DNA of 64,000 bases. It comes from Scyliorhinus canicula (Eukaryota). The DNA lies in contig NW_024055479.1 of assembly GCF_902713615.1 (NCBI RefSeq), positions 372,001 to 436,000 on the forward strand. Reading direction: 5' to 3'. A model generated the notes under the pieces. The model had not been told where the DNA came from. It searched no databases and saw only the letters and a list, made by a program, of their open reading frames with translations. Positions within the stretch are counted from its first letter, which is position 1; each line of letters begins with the position of its first letter. Of the stretch, positions 24,171-36,322 are shown one piece after another. The position numbers and the translations under genes were made by a program.

Positions 24171-25164
24171 CCAATGTTACTTGGATAGCGTAATGTATGG
24201 TAAAGGTGTAAAAGACAGAGTCGTACACTGGCTGAACCTACCGGCTAAAAGAGCTGCCGATGTGAGGAGTAATACAAAGTAGCTGGTGACATATTTGCAG
24301 AGTTCCTGGCACATTTCAACTGAACGGGTTGAAGCGGAAACTGTTTCAGTCAAGAGTTGAGGAGAGGGTGAGTAACACCCGGACCCTATTGATTGGTTCA
24401 TTGTCGACGGTGTCATCAATTGGCATTCAATGATCTTCCTCTATCCAATTGTATTCTCTTCAACCAATGATCGCAACCTCCTTGGATGCTAAATTCCTAC
24501 CATCAGAGCCCTGTGAAAGGAACAAAGTGATTTAATTCATCTTTGAAATGAGTAAGGTCACGCGGAATTAAACCCAAAGTTGACCCATTAAATGGTTCAC
24601 CATGTAAGGAGGAGACAAGGAAAAAAAACTTCAAATCGTTCGGTTAGGAAAGCCGGAGCCTCAATTAAAGAAGCTGCTCTCGGCCTATCGATGCATCCCC
24701 CAGCCGACACAGGAAGCAACTGGGTCCTAAGAAAACTGAATACAGAAATACGGTAAATAGGCTAACACGATATTTTAAATCAAGTATACAGTGGTGGGGA
24801 AAAGGGGATTGACTGTGTAATACATGTGAACAAGATGGGAGTGTGTGTGCAACGCATTGGCGCAGCGATTTGGATTAACTGATCATCAGAAATATTCACA
24901 GCACACTCATAATAAAAATAACTTTCACGTATATTTATTGGTTAAAAGTCAGAGCGCCAAACGTCCATTCGATATTGATTCCTGAGTTCAAATTTAAGAG
25001 ACTAAATAAACAGGTCATAGGTGAGACTGCACCACACAATACCACAATCTCTTCTTCGAGATGGTGCATGGGACAACCAGCACCTGACTGGTTCCTTCAT
25101 ACTTGCACCAACCTGACTTATATTATCACCATTTCACTGTCATTCGAACAGAGGACAGTCTTAG

Positions 25165-25965
25165 GACATAGGAAAACAGGAATTAGCAGCAGACATAAGC
25201 AATTCAGCCCTTCGAGCCTGCTCTGCTATTCAATCAGATCATGGCTGATCTGTTCCTGGACTCAAATCCAACTCCCCACCTGTTCCCATATCCCGGTAAC
25301 CCGTTTTTAAAATCAGAAATATATACACATCCTTCTTGAAAACATTTAATGACTCAGACTCCACCGCACTGTTGGGAGGCGAGTTCCACAAATTCATCAC
25401 ACTCTGGAGATGCAATTCCTCCTCATCTCAACTCCACATCTCAACCTATATCTGTGACTTCTCGTTCTAAATTGTCCCACAAGAGGGAAGATTTCATCTA
25501 AGTTTAATTTATCAATCCCCTTTAGGATTGTAAATACCTCGAAGAGATTCTGAACTCCAGCGAGTATGAGCCCAAACTGTTTGATCTCTCCTCATACGTC
25601 AACCCTTTCATCCCTGGAATCAATCTGGTGAACCTCCTGTGAACTGCCTCCAAGGACACCACATCCTTCCTCAAATAAGGAGACCAAAACTGGACACAAT
25701 ACTCCAACTGTGCTCTCTCCAACACCCTGCACAATTGCAACATCACTTCTGTACTTTTATACTCCAATCCTTTTGCAAGAAACACAAACATTCCATTTAT
25801 CTTTTTAATTACATGCTGTACCTGCATACTGACTTTCTACGATTCATGCACAAAGGCACTCAGGTCCCGCTGCCCAGTCGCATATTGAATCTGCTTTCCT
25901 TTTAAATAATAATTCGCTTACCTATTTTGTCGGCCAAAATGGATATCCTCACACTTTTCGCTGGA
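25165..25965 (-). mobile_element. CR1 LINE 3' fragment
   Basis: ORF 25522-25827 reads ...LEYCVQFWSPYLRKD...RFTRLIPG. Confidence 0.9.
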
Positions 25966-25983
25966 TCAAATCCCGGGAACACG

Positions 25984-27624
25984 CTCACTTACAACAGTAT
26001 GGGTATACCTCACTTACAACAGTATGGGTGTACCTCACTTACAACAGTATGGGTGTACCTCACTTCCAACACTATGGGTGTACCTCACTTACAACACTAT
26101 GGGTGTACCTCACTTACAACGGTATGGTGTACCTCACTTACAACAGTATGGTGTACCTCACTTACAACAGAATGCGTGTACCTCACTTACAACAGTATGG
26201 GTGTACCTCACTTACAACAGTATGGGTGTACCTCATTTAAAACTATATGGGTGTACCTCACTTACAACTGTATGGGTGTACCTCACTTACAACAGTACGG
26301 GTGTACCTCACTTACAACTGTATGGGTGTACCTCACTTTCAAAAGTATAGGTGTACCTCACTTACACAGTACGGGTGTACCTCACTTACAACTGTATGGG
26401 TGTACCTCACTTACAACACTATGGGTGTACTTTATTTACAACTGTATGGGTATACCTCACTTACAACAGTATGGGTGTACCTCACTTACAACTGTATGGG
26501 TGTACCTCACTTACAACACTATGGGTGTACTTTATTTACAACTGTATGGGTGTACCTCACTTACAACTGTATGGGTGTACCTCACTTACAACTGTATTGG
26601 TGTACCTCACTTACAACTGTATGGGTATACCTCACTTACAACACCATGGGTGTACCTCACTTACAACATTATGGGTGTACTTTATTTACAACTGTATGGG
26701 TGTACTTTATTTACAACTGTATGGGTGTACTTCACTTACAACTGTATGGGTGTACCTCACTTACAACACTATGGGTGTACTTCATTTACAACTGTATTGG
26801 TATACCTCACTTACAACTGTATGGGTGTACCTCACTTACAACAGTATGGGTATACCTTGCTTACAACAGTATGTGTGTACCTCACTTACAACTGTATGGG
26901 TGTACCTCACTTACAACAGTATGGTGTACCTCACTTACAACTGTATGGGTGTACCTCACTTACAACAGTACGGGTATACCTCACTTACAACTGTATGGGT
27001 GTACTTCACTTACAACTGTATGGGTGTACCTCACTTACAACACTATGGGTGTACTTCATTTACAACTGTATTGGTGTACCTCACTTACAACTGTATGGGT
27101 GTACCTCACTTACAACAGTATGGGTATACCTCACTTACAACAGTATGTGTGTACCTCACTTACAACTGTATGTGTGTACCTCACTTACAACAGTATGGTG
27201 TACCTCACTTACAACAGTATGGGTATACCTCACTTACAACAGTATGGTGTACCTCACTTACAACTGTATGGGTGTACCTCACTTACAACAGTACGGGTAT
27301 ACCTCACTTACAACTGTATGGGTGTACCTCACTTACAACAGCATGGGTGTACCTCACTTACAACAGTATGGTGTACCTCACTTACAACAGCATGGGTGTA
27401 CCTCACTTACAACAGTATGGTGTACCTCACTTACAACAGTATGGTGTACCTCACTTACAACAGTATGGGTGTACCTCACTTACAACTGTATGGGTGTACC
27501 TCACTTACAACTGTATGGGTGTACCTCACTTACAACTGTATGGGTGTACCTCACTTACAACAGTATGGTGTACCTCACTTACAACAGTATGTGTGTACCT
27601 CACTTAAAACAGTATGGGTATACC
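25984..27624 (+). repeat. 25-bp minisatellite (about 65 copies)
   Basis: Unit gggtgtacctcacttacaac(a/t)gtat, with 24-bp and tttattt variants. Confidence 0.95.
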
Positions 27625-27883
27625 TATACACATGGAATGTAGTGGTTCAAGGAGGAAGTTCACCACCACCTTCTCAAAGGCAGGTAGAAATGGGCAACGA
27701 TGTTCATTGTCATTAACCACTTTTTATAAAGCACCCAATCTGTAAACATTCCAACCATGAAACCATGAACTGAACTAACCTGCTCCTGCCTCCTGGTGGC
27801 GAGTGCTTGTAAACAGTATACAACTAATGGAGACAAAGTGGGCGTTCGGGGTAATTTGTGACTATTAACTACAGATCCAGAGG

Positions 27884-28107
27884 GGGCAGCACGGTGGCAC
27901 AGTGGTTAGCATTGCTGCTTACGGCGCTGAGGATCCGGGTTTGAATCCCGACCCTGGGTCACTATCCGTGTGGAGTTTGCACGTTCTTCCCGTGTCTGCG
28001 TGGGTTTCACCCCCCCAACCCAAAGATCTGCAGGATAGGTGGATTGGCGAAGCTAAATTGCCCCTTAATTGGAAAAAATAATTGGCTACTCTAAATTTAA
28101 AAAAAAA
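27884..28107 (+). mobile_element. V-SINE-like SINE, short A-tailed variant
   Basis: gggcagcacggtggcacagtgg...aaattgccccttaattgg...aaaaaaaaa. Confidence 0.85.
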
Positions 28108-28419
28108 CTGCAGATACAGATGAAATCGTAAATTGACACCTAAAAATGGCTGACTGTATGAATAATTGTTTCGTTTAGGTCTTCACAGTTGATAGCTTTA
28201 TAACAGACTTTGGCAGGAAGAGCTTCTGTCGTGTAAAGCAGCAAGAGTTTGTTTCCAAGGATTTAACTGTTTTTTTTATAACTGTAAGTCTTTACCAGCA
28301 CCGCTTCTTCGTATATCACAATGCCTGAGAACAGCGGCTAAGTGATAGAATCTCCTTGCCTGATCTGAAAAAGATGTTCTACAGAGGAGTAGTTTCTAAA
28401 TGGGAAACGGCTGAGGACA

Positions 28420-29090
28420 TCAGTAGCACAAAGGGTCCGAATTCAATATTCTCTCAAGGTTAACGTGCAAATTCAGTCGGCAGTTAAGAAGGCAAATGCA
28501 ATGTTACCATTCATGTCGAGAGGGCTACAGTACAAGAGCAGGGATGTACTCTGGGACTGCACGAGACTGTAGTGAGACCCCATTTGGAGTACTGTAGGTA
28601 GTTTTGGGCCCCGTGGCTAAGGACAGATGTTCTGGCCTTGGAAAGAGGGCAGGGCAGGTTCATAAGAATGATACCTGAAATGAAGAGCTTGTAATATGAA
28701 GAGCGGTTGAGGACTTATTTAAACCTACAGGATACGGAGAGGCTTGGATAGAGTGGACGTGGAGAGGATGTTTCCAACAGTAGGAAAAACTAGTACCCGA
28801 GGGCACAGCCTAAGACTGAAGGGACGATCCTTTGAAACTGAGATGAGGAAAATTATTTCAGCCAGAGGATTGTGCATCTGTGGAACTCTTGGTCGCAGAA
28901 GGCTGTGGAGGCCAAATAGCTGAGTGTCTTTAAGACAGATGTAGATAGGTTCTTGATTAATAAGGGGATCAGAGCTTATGGGGAAAAGGCAGGAGAATGG
29001 GGATGAGAAAGATATCAGCCATGATCGAATGGCGCGGCAGGCTGGATGGGCCGAATGGGCGAATTATGTTTCTATGTCTTATGGTCTTAT
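28420..29090 (+). mobile_element. CR1 LINE 3' fragment
   Basis: Degenerate homology to 44200-44930, ending in tatggtcttatgg. Confidence 0.85.
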
Positions 29091-29247
29091 GGAACGATCA
29101 ACCAGTCGGGTGTTCAAAACTCAGATTCAAAACAGGTATGGAATAAGAGAAAAATCAAAATGCTTTTAATCCACCATTAACGTCATTACTACCATTTTGC
29201 GAACATTAATAGATTGTTGAGAACGATCAAAAGGAAAGTGGACATTA

Positions 29248-30025
29248 TAAGAACATAAGAACTAGGAGCAGGAGTAGGCCATCTGGCCCCTCGAGCCTGC
29301 TCCACCATTCAATGAGATCATGCCTGATCTTTTGTGGACTCAGCTCCACTTTCCGGCCCGAACACCATAACCCTTAATCCCTTTATTCTTCAAAAAACGA
29401 TCTATCTTTATCTTAAAAACATTTAATGAAGGAGCCTCAGCTGCTTCACTGGGCAAGGAATTCCATAGATTCACAACCCTTTGGGTGAAGACGTTCCTCC
29501 TAAACTCAGTCCTAAATCTACTTCCCCTTATTTTGAGGCTATGTCCCCTCGTTCTGCTTTCACCCGACAGTGGAAACAACTTGCCCGCATTCATCCTATC
29601 TATTCCTTTCATAATTTTATATGTTTCTATAAGACCCCCCCCCCCCCCGGCCCCATCCTTCAAAATTCCAACGAGTATAGTCCCAGTCTACTCAACCTCT
29701 CCTCCTAATCCAACCCCTTCAGATCTGGGATTAACCTCCTGAATCTCCTCTGCACACCCTCCAGTGCCAGTACGTCCTTTCTCAAGTAAGGAGACCAAAA
29801 CTGAACACAATACTCTAGGTGTGGTCTCACTAACACCTTATACAATTGCAGCATAGCCTCCCTAGTCTTAAACTCCATCCCTCTAGCAATGAAGGACAAA
29901 ACTCCATTCGCCTTCTTAATCACCTGTTGCACCTGTAAACCAACTTCCTGTGACTCATGCACCAGTACACCCAGGTCTCTCTGCACAGCAGCATGCTTTA
30001 ATATTTTATCATTTAAATAATAATC
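29248..30025 (-). mobile_element. CR1 LINE 3' fragment
   Basis: ORFs 29705-29986 (LEYCVQFWSPYLRKD) and 29340-29663 (FTQRVVNLWNSLP). Confidence 0.9.
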
Positions 30026-31639
30026 CCGTTATCTCGGAAGGACTTACTCACTGCGATGTCAGAGAGTCACCAGGAATAGTAAGAGGTGATTCCCCATATC
30101 GCGCCCATTGCCTGTTTGACAAGAACTCCTCTACAGCAAGTACAGACTCCACCAACAGTACTTATGACCCAACAGCGATGGCAATCAGGGAATAGGGATA
30201 GTGATATCTTCACTACCAGAGCTGCGGTCAGGCTAGTCAAAGGGAAATGGTGGGATGTCCTATAACGGGCGCCGTTATCTTATGCAGTGTGTGATCGATA
30301 GTAATGATCGAGCTCTCCTCACTTTAGGTCTCAATGACACCTTTCTTCTTTCTGTGCAATAAATCATCCAAAGAGGCCAGTTTCCAGGCATTGTGACTCG
30401 CTGATTGTATATGTTTGTAGCAGCACCTACAGAATTGCCCGACTGAAACCTGCACCAACATCATGTATATCCCCCAATTTTACTCTAAATGTAATGGTTC
30501 CGACATACACCTGGACACGGGTTAAAAGCACACAATACAATTATAGGATAATAGGAAATACCTCTTAATCACAGAGAGTGCTGAATGTGTGAAATTAATT
30601 TCAGGGTGAATTGAAGATGACTGGACCCCTGGGTTGTTTAAGGAGATATTTGGAGGAACATTCGGTGAGGGAGTTGAAACATCTCCAAATGATTGATACA
30701 AAATTGGCCGCATGGCCTTCATCTTCCTTATTCCAACAAAGTTCAGCTAATCAAATGAACTGGGACACATAAGGAGTTGTAGAGTGTCTGAAATGTGGGC
30801 GGAAAGTCAAGCGATACTCAGCTGGAATGGCAACGGTTTTGAAGAGAGAAGTAATGTAAACACTTTAAAGGATCATCTTTATGAGAACAGAAGGAAAACT
30901 TTACAGCGGTGAGAGGTTTTAAAGATGAATAGTGGCAGGTAAAGGGCAGAAAGAGGAAAACAGCAGGTCTGTAATTCAGTGGAAGGCGGGAAATGGTGGC
31001 CCAAGGAAAAGATGTGGTCGTGTGACAAGTAAATTGGCAATTCTGGCGGAGATGTACTCATGACAAGTAGATTCATCACTGCCAGGTGTCACCCAGAAGG
31101 AACAGAGAAAGCATAAACAAAACTGCTGGTGAACTTAGGATCGCAACATGTTCAAGGCAATCTTGACTCTCGATGGTTAAAATTATTGGAATCTGTATCT
31201 TGCAGTTCCTTGTCAGCACCACCAGAGAGCAGCATTGGATTAACTGCAGGAACGATTTCCAGAAGCAAGCGATCAGTAACTTTCTTCAGAAAAAAGTAAC
31301 TAGACGGGCAGTGCGGAAAAAGGATGTTATTTTAAAATCAATAGGGTTTGTTATGACATTCAACGTAATGTATTCTTATGCAATGCCACTGTTGGTGGCT
31401 TATAAATATCACACAATATAGTTCGCACTGCACCCGTGTGGGAAAGCACACGGCTTCAAATCATAAACTGAGACTTTGGAACTAATATCTGGGTTCTTGT
31501 CATGGCTCGAATGGTAAGTGTGGAATAAAACGTCTTCCAGAATGCGGGAGGGGCATCAAAAGAAATCGTTGCTGTTTCAGTTGAAATTCCGATGTCGAAC
31601 CACCAAGAATAAGAGAGGTAGATCAGGGAGGCTGGAAGA

Positions 31640-31990
31640 GTCAGAGAGTTTTACAGAAAAGAAGCGGCCCTTCAGCCCATCGTGTTTGCGCCGGCCAACG
31701 AGCACTGTGTATTCTAACCCCATTTTAAAGCACTTGGTCCGCAGACTTGTATGTTCTGGTGTTTCAAGTTCTCATTGAACTGTTTTTTTTTAATGTAGCG
31801 AGAGTTCTGCCTCTCCCACCCTTGCAAGCAGCGAGTTCCAGATTCCAACAACCCTCTGAGTGAGAGTTTTTCCTCACATCCGCCTTAACTTTCCTGCCAC
31901 TTACCTTAAATCTATGGCACCTTGATTAGTGTCCCCCGTTTCTACGTGGAAAACCTTCTTGCTATCCACCCGATCTATGGCCTTCATAAT
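31640..31990 (-). mobile_element. CR1-type 3' end fragment
   Basis: cccttcagcccatcgtg...gagttccagattccaacaaccctctg. A related copy lies at 38960-39330. Confidence 0.65.
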
Positions 31991-32395
31991 ATTGTGAACT
32001 TCGATCAGGATCAGGTTCCTACCCTACTCCCACATCCCCACCCTCCGGCGGGGTAGGAAGACGGGAACGGTTATTTTTGTGTTTGCAGCTATTATTTGGA
32101 CACCTTGGGTGGGATTCGCCATGTGTACTTGCAGCAGTACACACCACCAGAGGTCAGTGCGAAGCAGTGAGAAACATTGAATATGGGCGGCCCAATGTGA
32201 ACTCAGAAGCACTGTAGGCAGCTGTTACTTTAAAACCTCAAGCAGGAAGTGTTTTTCTCTTTTGTTCGACAAAACGACACCTCTGAAGCGGGCCTTTGGC
32301 TTCTTGTTAGTTCTTCTGAATCTAATATCTATGCCCTGGTTCTAACCTGAACAAACTTAACAATAGGTTCAGCCGACATTTCAGGTGATTTAATA

Positions 32396-32713
32396 ATGGT
32401 CCGAGTTAACAGAGTCTCTTTGCTGTTTTTCACTCTGATCTGCACCGTTGAGACTGGAGAAGGTGAGCTGCTGCAGCTCCCTCGGCGGATGGGTGTTCAT
32501 GAAGCGGGAATCGTGTCCATGAACTGCACCAGCGCCGCTGTGATGAACAGGCAGCAGCCAAATCAGCCACCCCAGCATCTGGTGCTGGCCACAAGAGAAA
32601 CCGATCAACACGGGAGGATCACTGCCTCAATCGGGGGAGAAAGCAAACTCAGTGTCCTGACTGTGAGAGAAACCCGAGTTACCGACACTGCCACCTATCT
32701 CTGCGCCGTGAGG
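32396..32713 (+). CDS. Intronless leader-V segment (open, lacks the conserved Trp)
   Basis: MVRVNRVSLLFFTLICTVETG followed in frame by EGELLQLP...MNC (Q6, C23), no WY before RQQP, ending DTATYLCAVR. Confidence 0.8.
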
Positions 32714-32752
32714 CACAGTATCACAAGTAGATGGAGAGCTCGTACAGAAACC
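32714..32752 (+). other. 23-RSS
   Basis: cacagta, 23-nt spacer, acagaaacc. Confidence 0.85.
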
Positions 32753-33639
32753 TACACTGAGTGGGAGCACTGCTCTACTGAGCTCGGAGAATCGGCGGTG
32801 TGATTGGCGCAGTAATAATATTACAGGTACCGGGGAATGAGTGCAAAAGCTCGAAAAACAAGTGGGAAAGATTTAAATCGGATCAGAGTTGAAGAAAGTT
32901 GGAAATAGACAGGGATAAATGAGGAACAAACAGGCGAACGAGATTACGTGCGTGATAAAGGGAAAACTAAAAAGTACAGGAATCGCACAGAACATATAAT
33001 CAAAATACTGTGAAAAATAAATGAAATAATGTGAAAAACTAATGAACGTCAGTAACAGAGGTTAAAGATTATATCGTCATAACTGAAAATAAGGTTACAT
33101 TTCCTCCTTTTCAACAAAATTCACATTCCCGTGATAGTTTGACAGTTTAATTCTCCGATAATGTTTCCTAATAATTGGTCCTTGGATATTGCCGCACGGG
33201 TAAATGAATAGTTTTCTCCTTGTTCTGCAACATTCTTTACCATCCTGCCCCAACTCCAGTGGTCCCGTGTTCCTCCCTGTTACCTTGAGAAATGTGTTCA
33301 TTTTCTGCGAACCGTGACTAAGCCAGCAACATACTGTGAGCAAAAGGACACGATGCACCGGTTGTGGTCAAACGGACCCAGAAACGGAATGTGAAAATGA
33401 AGAAAGGGCTGCACATTCATTCAAACAATTGGCAAAGCATCCGGACAAGTTGGAACGCGAGTGAACGCACCATGAATTAATTTATTCAATTAATTTCAGC
33501 ATGGATGCTGGTTAGAAGTTATTAATATAAGACTTCAGTTCCTGCTCAATTGTTTTTGTTCAATGTTGTGTTTTGTTAATTTATTAATTGCTCTATGACT
33601 CCCCACAGGCTGTGGACTTGTTTCTGTCTATCAGTGCGA

Positions 33640-33656
33640 GGGCGCCCTCTGCTGAG
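33640..33656 (-). promoter_or_regulatory. CTCF-like motif downstream of an RSS
   Basis: Minus strand ctcagcagagggcgccc, about 25 bp beyond the nonamer. Confidence 0.6.
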
Positions 33657-33680
33657 CAATAACTGGAACTGTCAGTGTGG

Positions 33681-33718
33681 GGTTTTTGTACGGCACCCGC
33701 TATATCTGCAGCAGTGTG
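33681..33718 (-). other. RSS (22-nt spacer)
   Basis: cacactg, 22-nt spacer, acaaaaacc. Confidence 0.85.
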
Positions 33719-34139
33719 GGCTCCATGGCACATAAATACACTGCGCTGTCGGAGGGAAGCGCCCTGGCGATATTTAAAGGGACTGTTTTGTTTCCTTTGT
33801 GTAAAACGGCAGAAAATCTTCCTGATAAACCTTGAGACGTACTTCCCGTGCTATATATCGTGAATAAATATTGGGGAGCTTTCCCGGGAGACTGGATGTA
33901 CCAGAGAAGATTTCGATTACCAGCTGCCGAGTAACTGCAGTCCAATTTTACGGACTGTCCTTCCAGAACGGTTAATTCAGATGGATTCTGCGACACTGCA
34001 TCGTTGCCATTGGTTCCTGCAACAAATTATAGCATCTGTTAAATATCTGGTGGCGAACCTTGGCGACAGACACTGACTATTTAAACAGAAACTCACCAGG
34101 TAGCAAGAGAAGAATTAGTAAAGAACATCGGGAGAACAT
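33719..34139 (-). CDS. Intact TCR alpha/delta-type V segment (family B)
   Basis: Leader MFSRCSLLILLLLP-G (34139-34097), 80-nt GT-AG intron, exon 34016-33719 GTNGNDAVSQNPSELTVLEGQSVKLDC...LWYIQ...DSAVYLCAMEP. Confidence 0.92.
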
Positions 34140-34275
34140 GCCAGCTGCTTCAAAATTTCACAGAAGCCACAGAACTTAAAAAATATATCAACACATCCAC
34201 TCCGACATGAAAAAGTAAACTCAGGTCATTGTGAGGCTTTATTTATTGAGAAACGAATGGGCGTTGTCCAATGGC

Positions 34276-34693
34276 ATGATTGGTTGGTCTCTCAGTGCTG
34301 TCGGTATGATTGGCTGGTCTCTCAGTGCTGTCGGAATGATTGGCTGGTCTCTCAGTGCTGTCGGTATGATTAGCTGGTCTCTCGGTGCTGTCGGCATGAT
34401 TGGCTGGTCTCTCAGTGCTGTCGGTATGATTGGCTGGTCGCTCAGTGCTGTCGGCATGATTGGCTGGTCGCTCAGTGCTGTCGGCATGATTGGCTGGTCT
34501 CTCAGTGCTGTCGGTATGATTGGCTGGTCTCTCAGTGCTGTCGGCATGATTGGCTGGTCTCTCAGTGCTGTCGGTATGATTGGCTGGTCTCTCAGTGCTG
34601 TCGGTATGATTGGCTGGTCTCTCAGTGCTGTCGGCATGATTGGCTGGTCTCTCAGTGCTGTCGGCATGATTGGCTGGTCTCTCAGTGCTGTCA
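34276..34693. repeat. 30-bp minisatellite, 14 copies, 13 carrying a CCAAT box
   Basis: Unit atgattggctggtctctcagtgctgtcgg(c/t). Starts 137 bp upstream of the V ATG. Confidence 0.95.
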
Positions 34694-34884
34694 GTAATTG
34701 GACACCAATCAATATTAGTTGTAGCCCAATGACATTTTCTCTCCCCCTCTTTCTGTCTTTTATTGTATCTCCGGCTCTCTGTTCGTCCCTCTGTCTGTTT
34801 GGCTCCTTTCAATCTTTAGGATTGTCTGTGAGCCAATCTCCTTTTTCCGCGTCACGGAGCCGAGTTCTCCCTCTACAATGTTAG

Positions 34885-35140
34885 GACTGAGCTCAGGGCG
34901 AACATCTTCACCCAAAGGGTTGTGAATCTATGGAATTCCCTGCCCAGTGACGCAGTTGAGGCTCCTTCTTTAAATGTTTTCCATGATAAAGACAGATAGT
35001 TTTTTGAAGAATAAAGGAATAAATGACAATGGTGTTCGGGCGGGAAAGTGGAGCTGAGTCCACAAAAGATCAGCCACGATCTCATTGAATGGCGGAGCAG
35101 GCTCGAGGGGCCAGATGACCTACTCCTGCTCCTAGTTCTT
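34885..35140 (+). mobile_element. CR1 3' end fragment
   Basis: ttcacccaaagggttgtgaatctatggaattcc...ctcctagttcttatgtt. Confidence 0.8.
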
Positions 35141-35796
35141 ATGTTAATATTCCAGGAAAATGCAGAATGTAGATCATACAATTCCCCCCAGTCTCCCATT
35201 TTGACAAGTTGCTCAAACAATAGTGGGAGCAGTTATATTAGACAAAATGTACTAATCACAACTGCGAGAAAAAAAATTAAATTGTAGGAGGTAGATTCAA
35301 ATCCCACAGGATGTCAGATAAGAATGATTTAGGAGCCATAATTATATCCTTCATTCGGACTTTTAAGAATTCGAATCTTTGCAGTATTTTCTGTTTTCAG
35401 CTCGTGCCGGCATCGAACCTAGGACTTGAGCACCGTGAGGTAGCTGTACTACCCATTAGGCCACCGTCTTGCCCTTGCTGAACATACTTATGCAACACGC
35501 TTCAAACTTCTTGAAGCCGCGAAATGAAAGGCGAAACCGCCAGAGGACGCTGTGGTAATACATTTCGCACAGTAGTAAACGGCAAATTGAAGATGAAACC
35601 AGTCACAGCCCCGCCCCAAACTCCCCTTGCTGTTCTTGTTATGATCCACATTGCCTGCCGTTTGTTATTAACATATTGTTGAAGTGGCTTCCTCTTCGAC
35701 TTTGGTTTGGATTACCAGTGCAGTGGGGAAGCAATCTGTATCTTTGCTCCGACGGGTATGTTATTGGACTGGAGGGTCCCGGATTCAGGGAGCGTC

Positions 35797-36282
35797 ATGC
35801 AGAAACAGCTCACACTGATCCTCATCATTATATCATTTCTCAGTAAGTATTTATTTTCCTGCAAAAAATATCCTCCCCAAGATGTCTAACCAAGTTACCG
35901 TTCTGATGAAATAATGATAGTCATGTTCATTGAGGTGATGACACTGACCATGATGATAATAGCTATGGTTTTCTGTCAGACTGGAGCCACGAAGCAGCAG
36001 TGGAACAACCGACCCGTGAAATGGCGGTGAGAGAGGAAAGTAATGTCACACTAACCTGCACCATGAAAGGAAGTGATCGTCGAAGTTATATGTTCTGGTA
36101 CCGTCAACACTTCGGACAACCCCCACAGTATGTCATTCGTATTATAGGAGAGAAAGTGAGAAGACAACCCGACATCAGTGATCGATTCTCTTCGATGTTC
36201 GACACGAGTAGCAAGATTACAGAGCTAAGGATCAGCAGTGCAATGATCTCTGACTCTGCGGTGTATCTCTGTGCACTGAACC
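35797..36282 (+). CDS. Intact TCR alpha/delta-type V segment (family C)
   Basis: Leader MQKQLTLILIIISFL (35797-35842)|gtaagt. Exon from 35980 reads AAVEQPTREMAVREESNVTLTC...MFWYRQ...DSAVYLCALN. Confidence 0.92.
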
Positions 36283-36322
36283 CACAGTGCTTCAAAGATA
36301 GAGCAGGTCCTGTACAAAACCT
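36283..36322 (+). other. RSS (23/24-nt spacer)
   Basis: CACAGTG, then 24 nt, then acaaaacct (or 23 nt then tacaaaacc). Confidence 0.8.

Larger units (their letters stand above)
28150..30097 (-). pseudogene. V pseudogene whose intron holds two CR1 fragments
   Basis: 46-nt leader MGNHLLLFLVTL*HR-S|gtgagt at 30097-30052. Degenerate exon GDSIT*PLFSGIVIYEEAV from about 28364. Confidence 0.4.

Noticed and set aside
25927-27716. ORFs of 418-571 aa
   Set aside because: They are translations of the 25-bp minisatellite, which lacks stops in + frames.
27877-27890. CTCF-like ccagagggggcagc
   Set aside because: It is created by a SINE junction and is not tied to a V segment.
33120-33360. Leader-like plus AEQGENYSFT segment (-)
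   Set aside because: GTG start, Cys lost, frameshifted; cannot be supported as a V.
34231-34884. ORFs of 157-217 aa; CRISPR-like look of the 30-bp and 25-bp arrays
   Set aside because: These are head-to-tail repeats with no unique spacers, in a vertebrate context with no cas genes.
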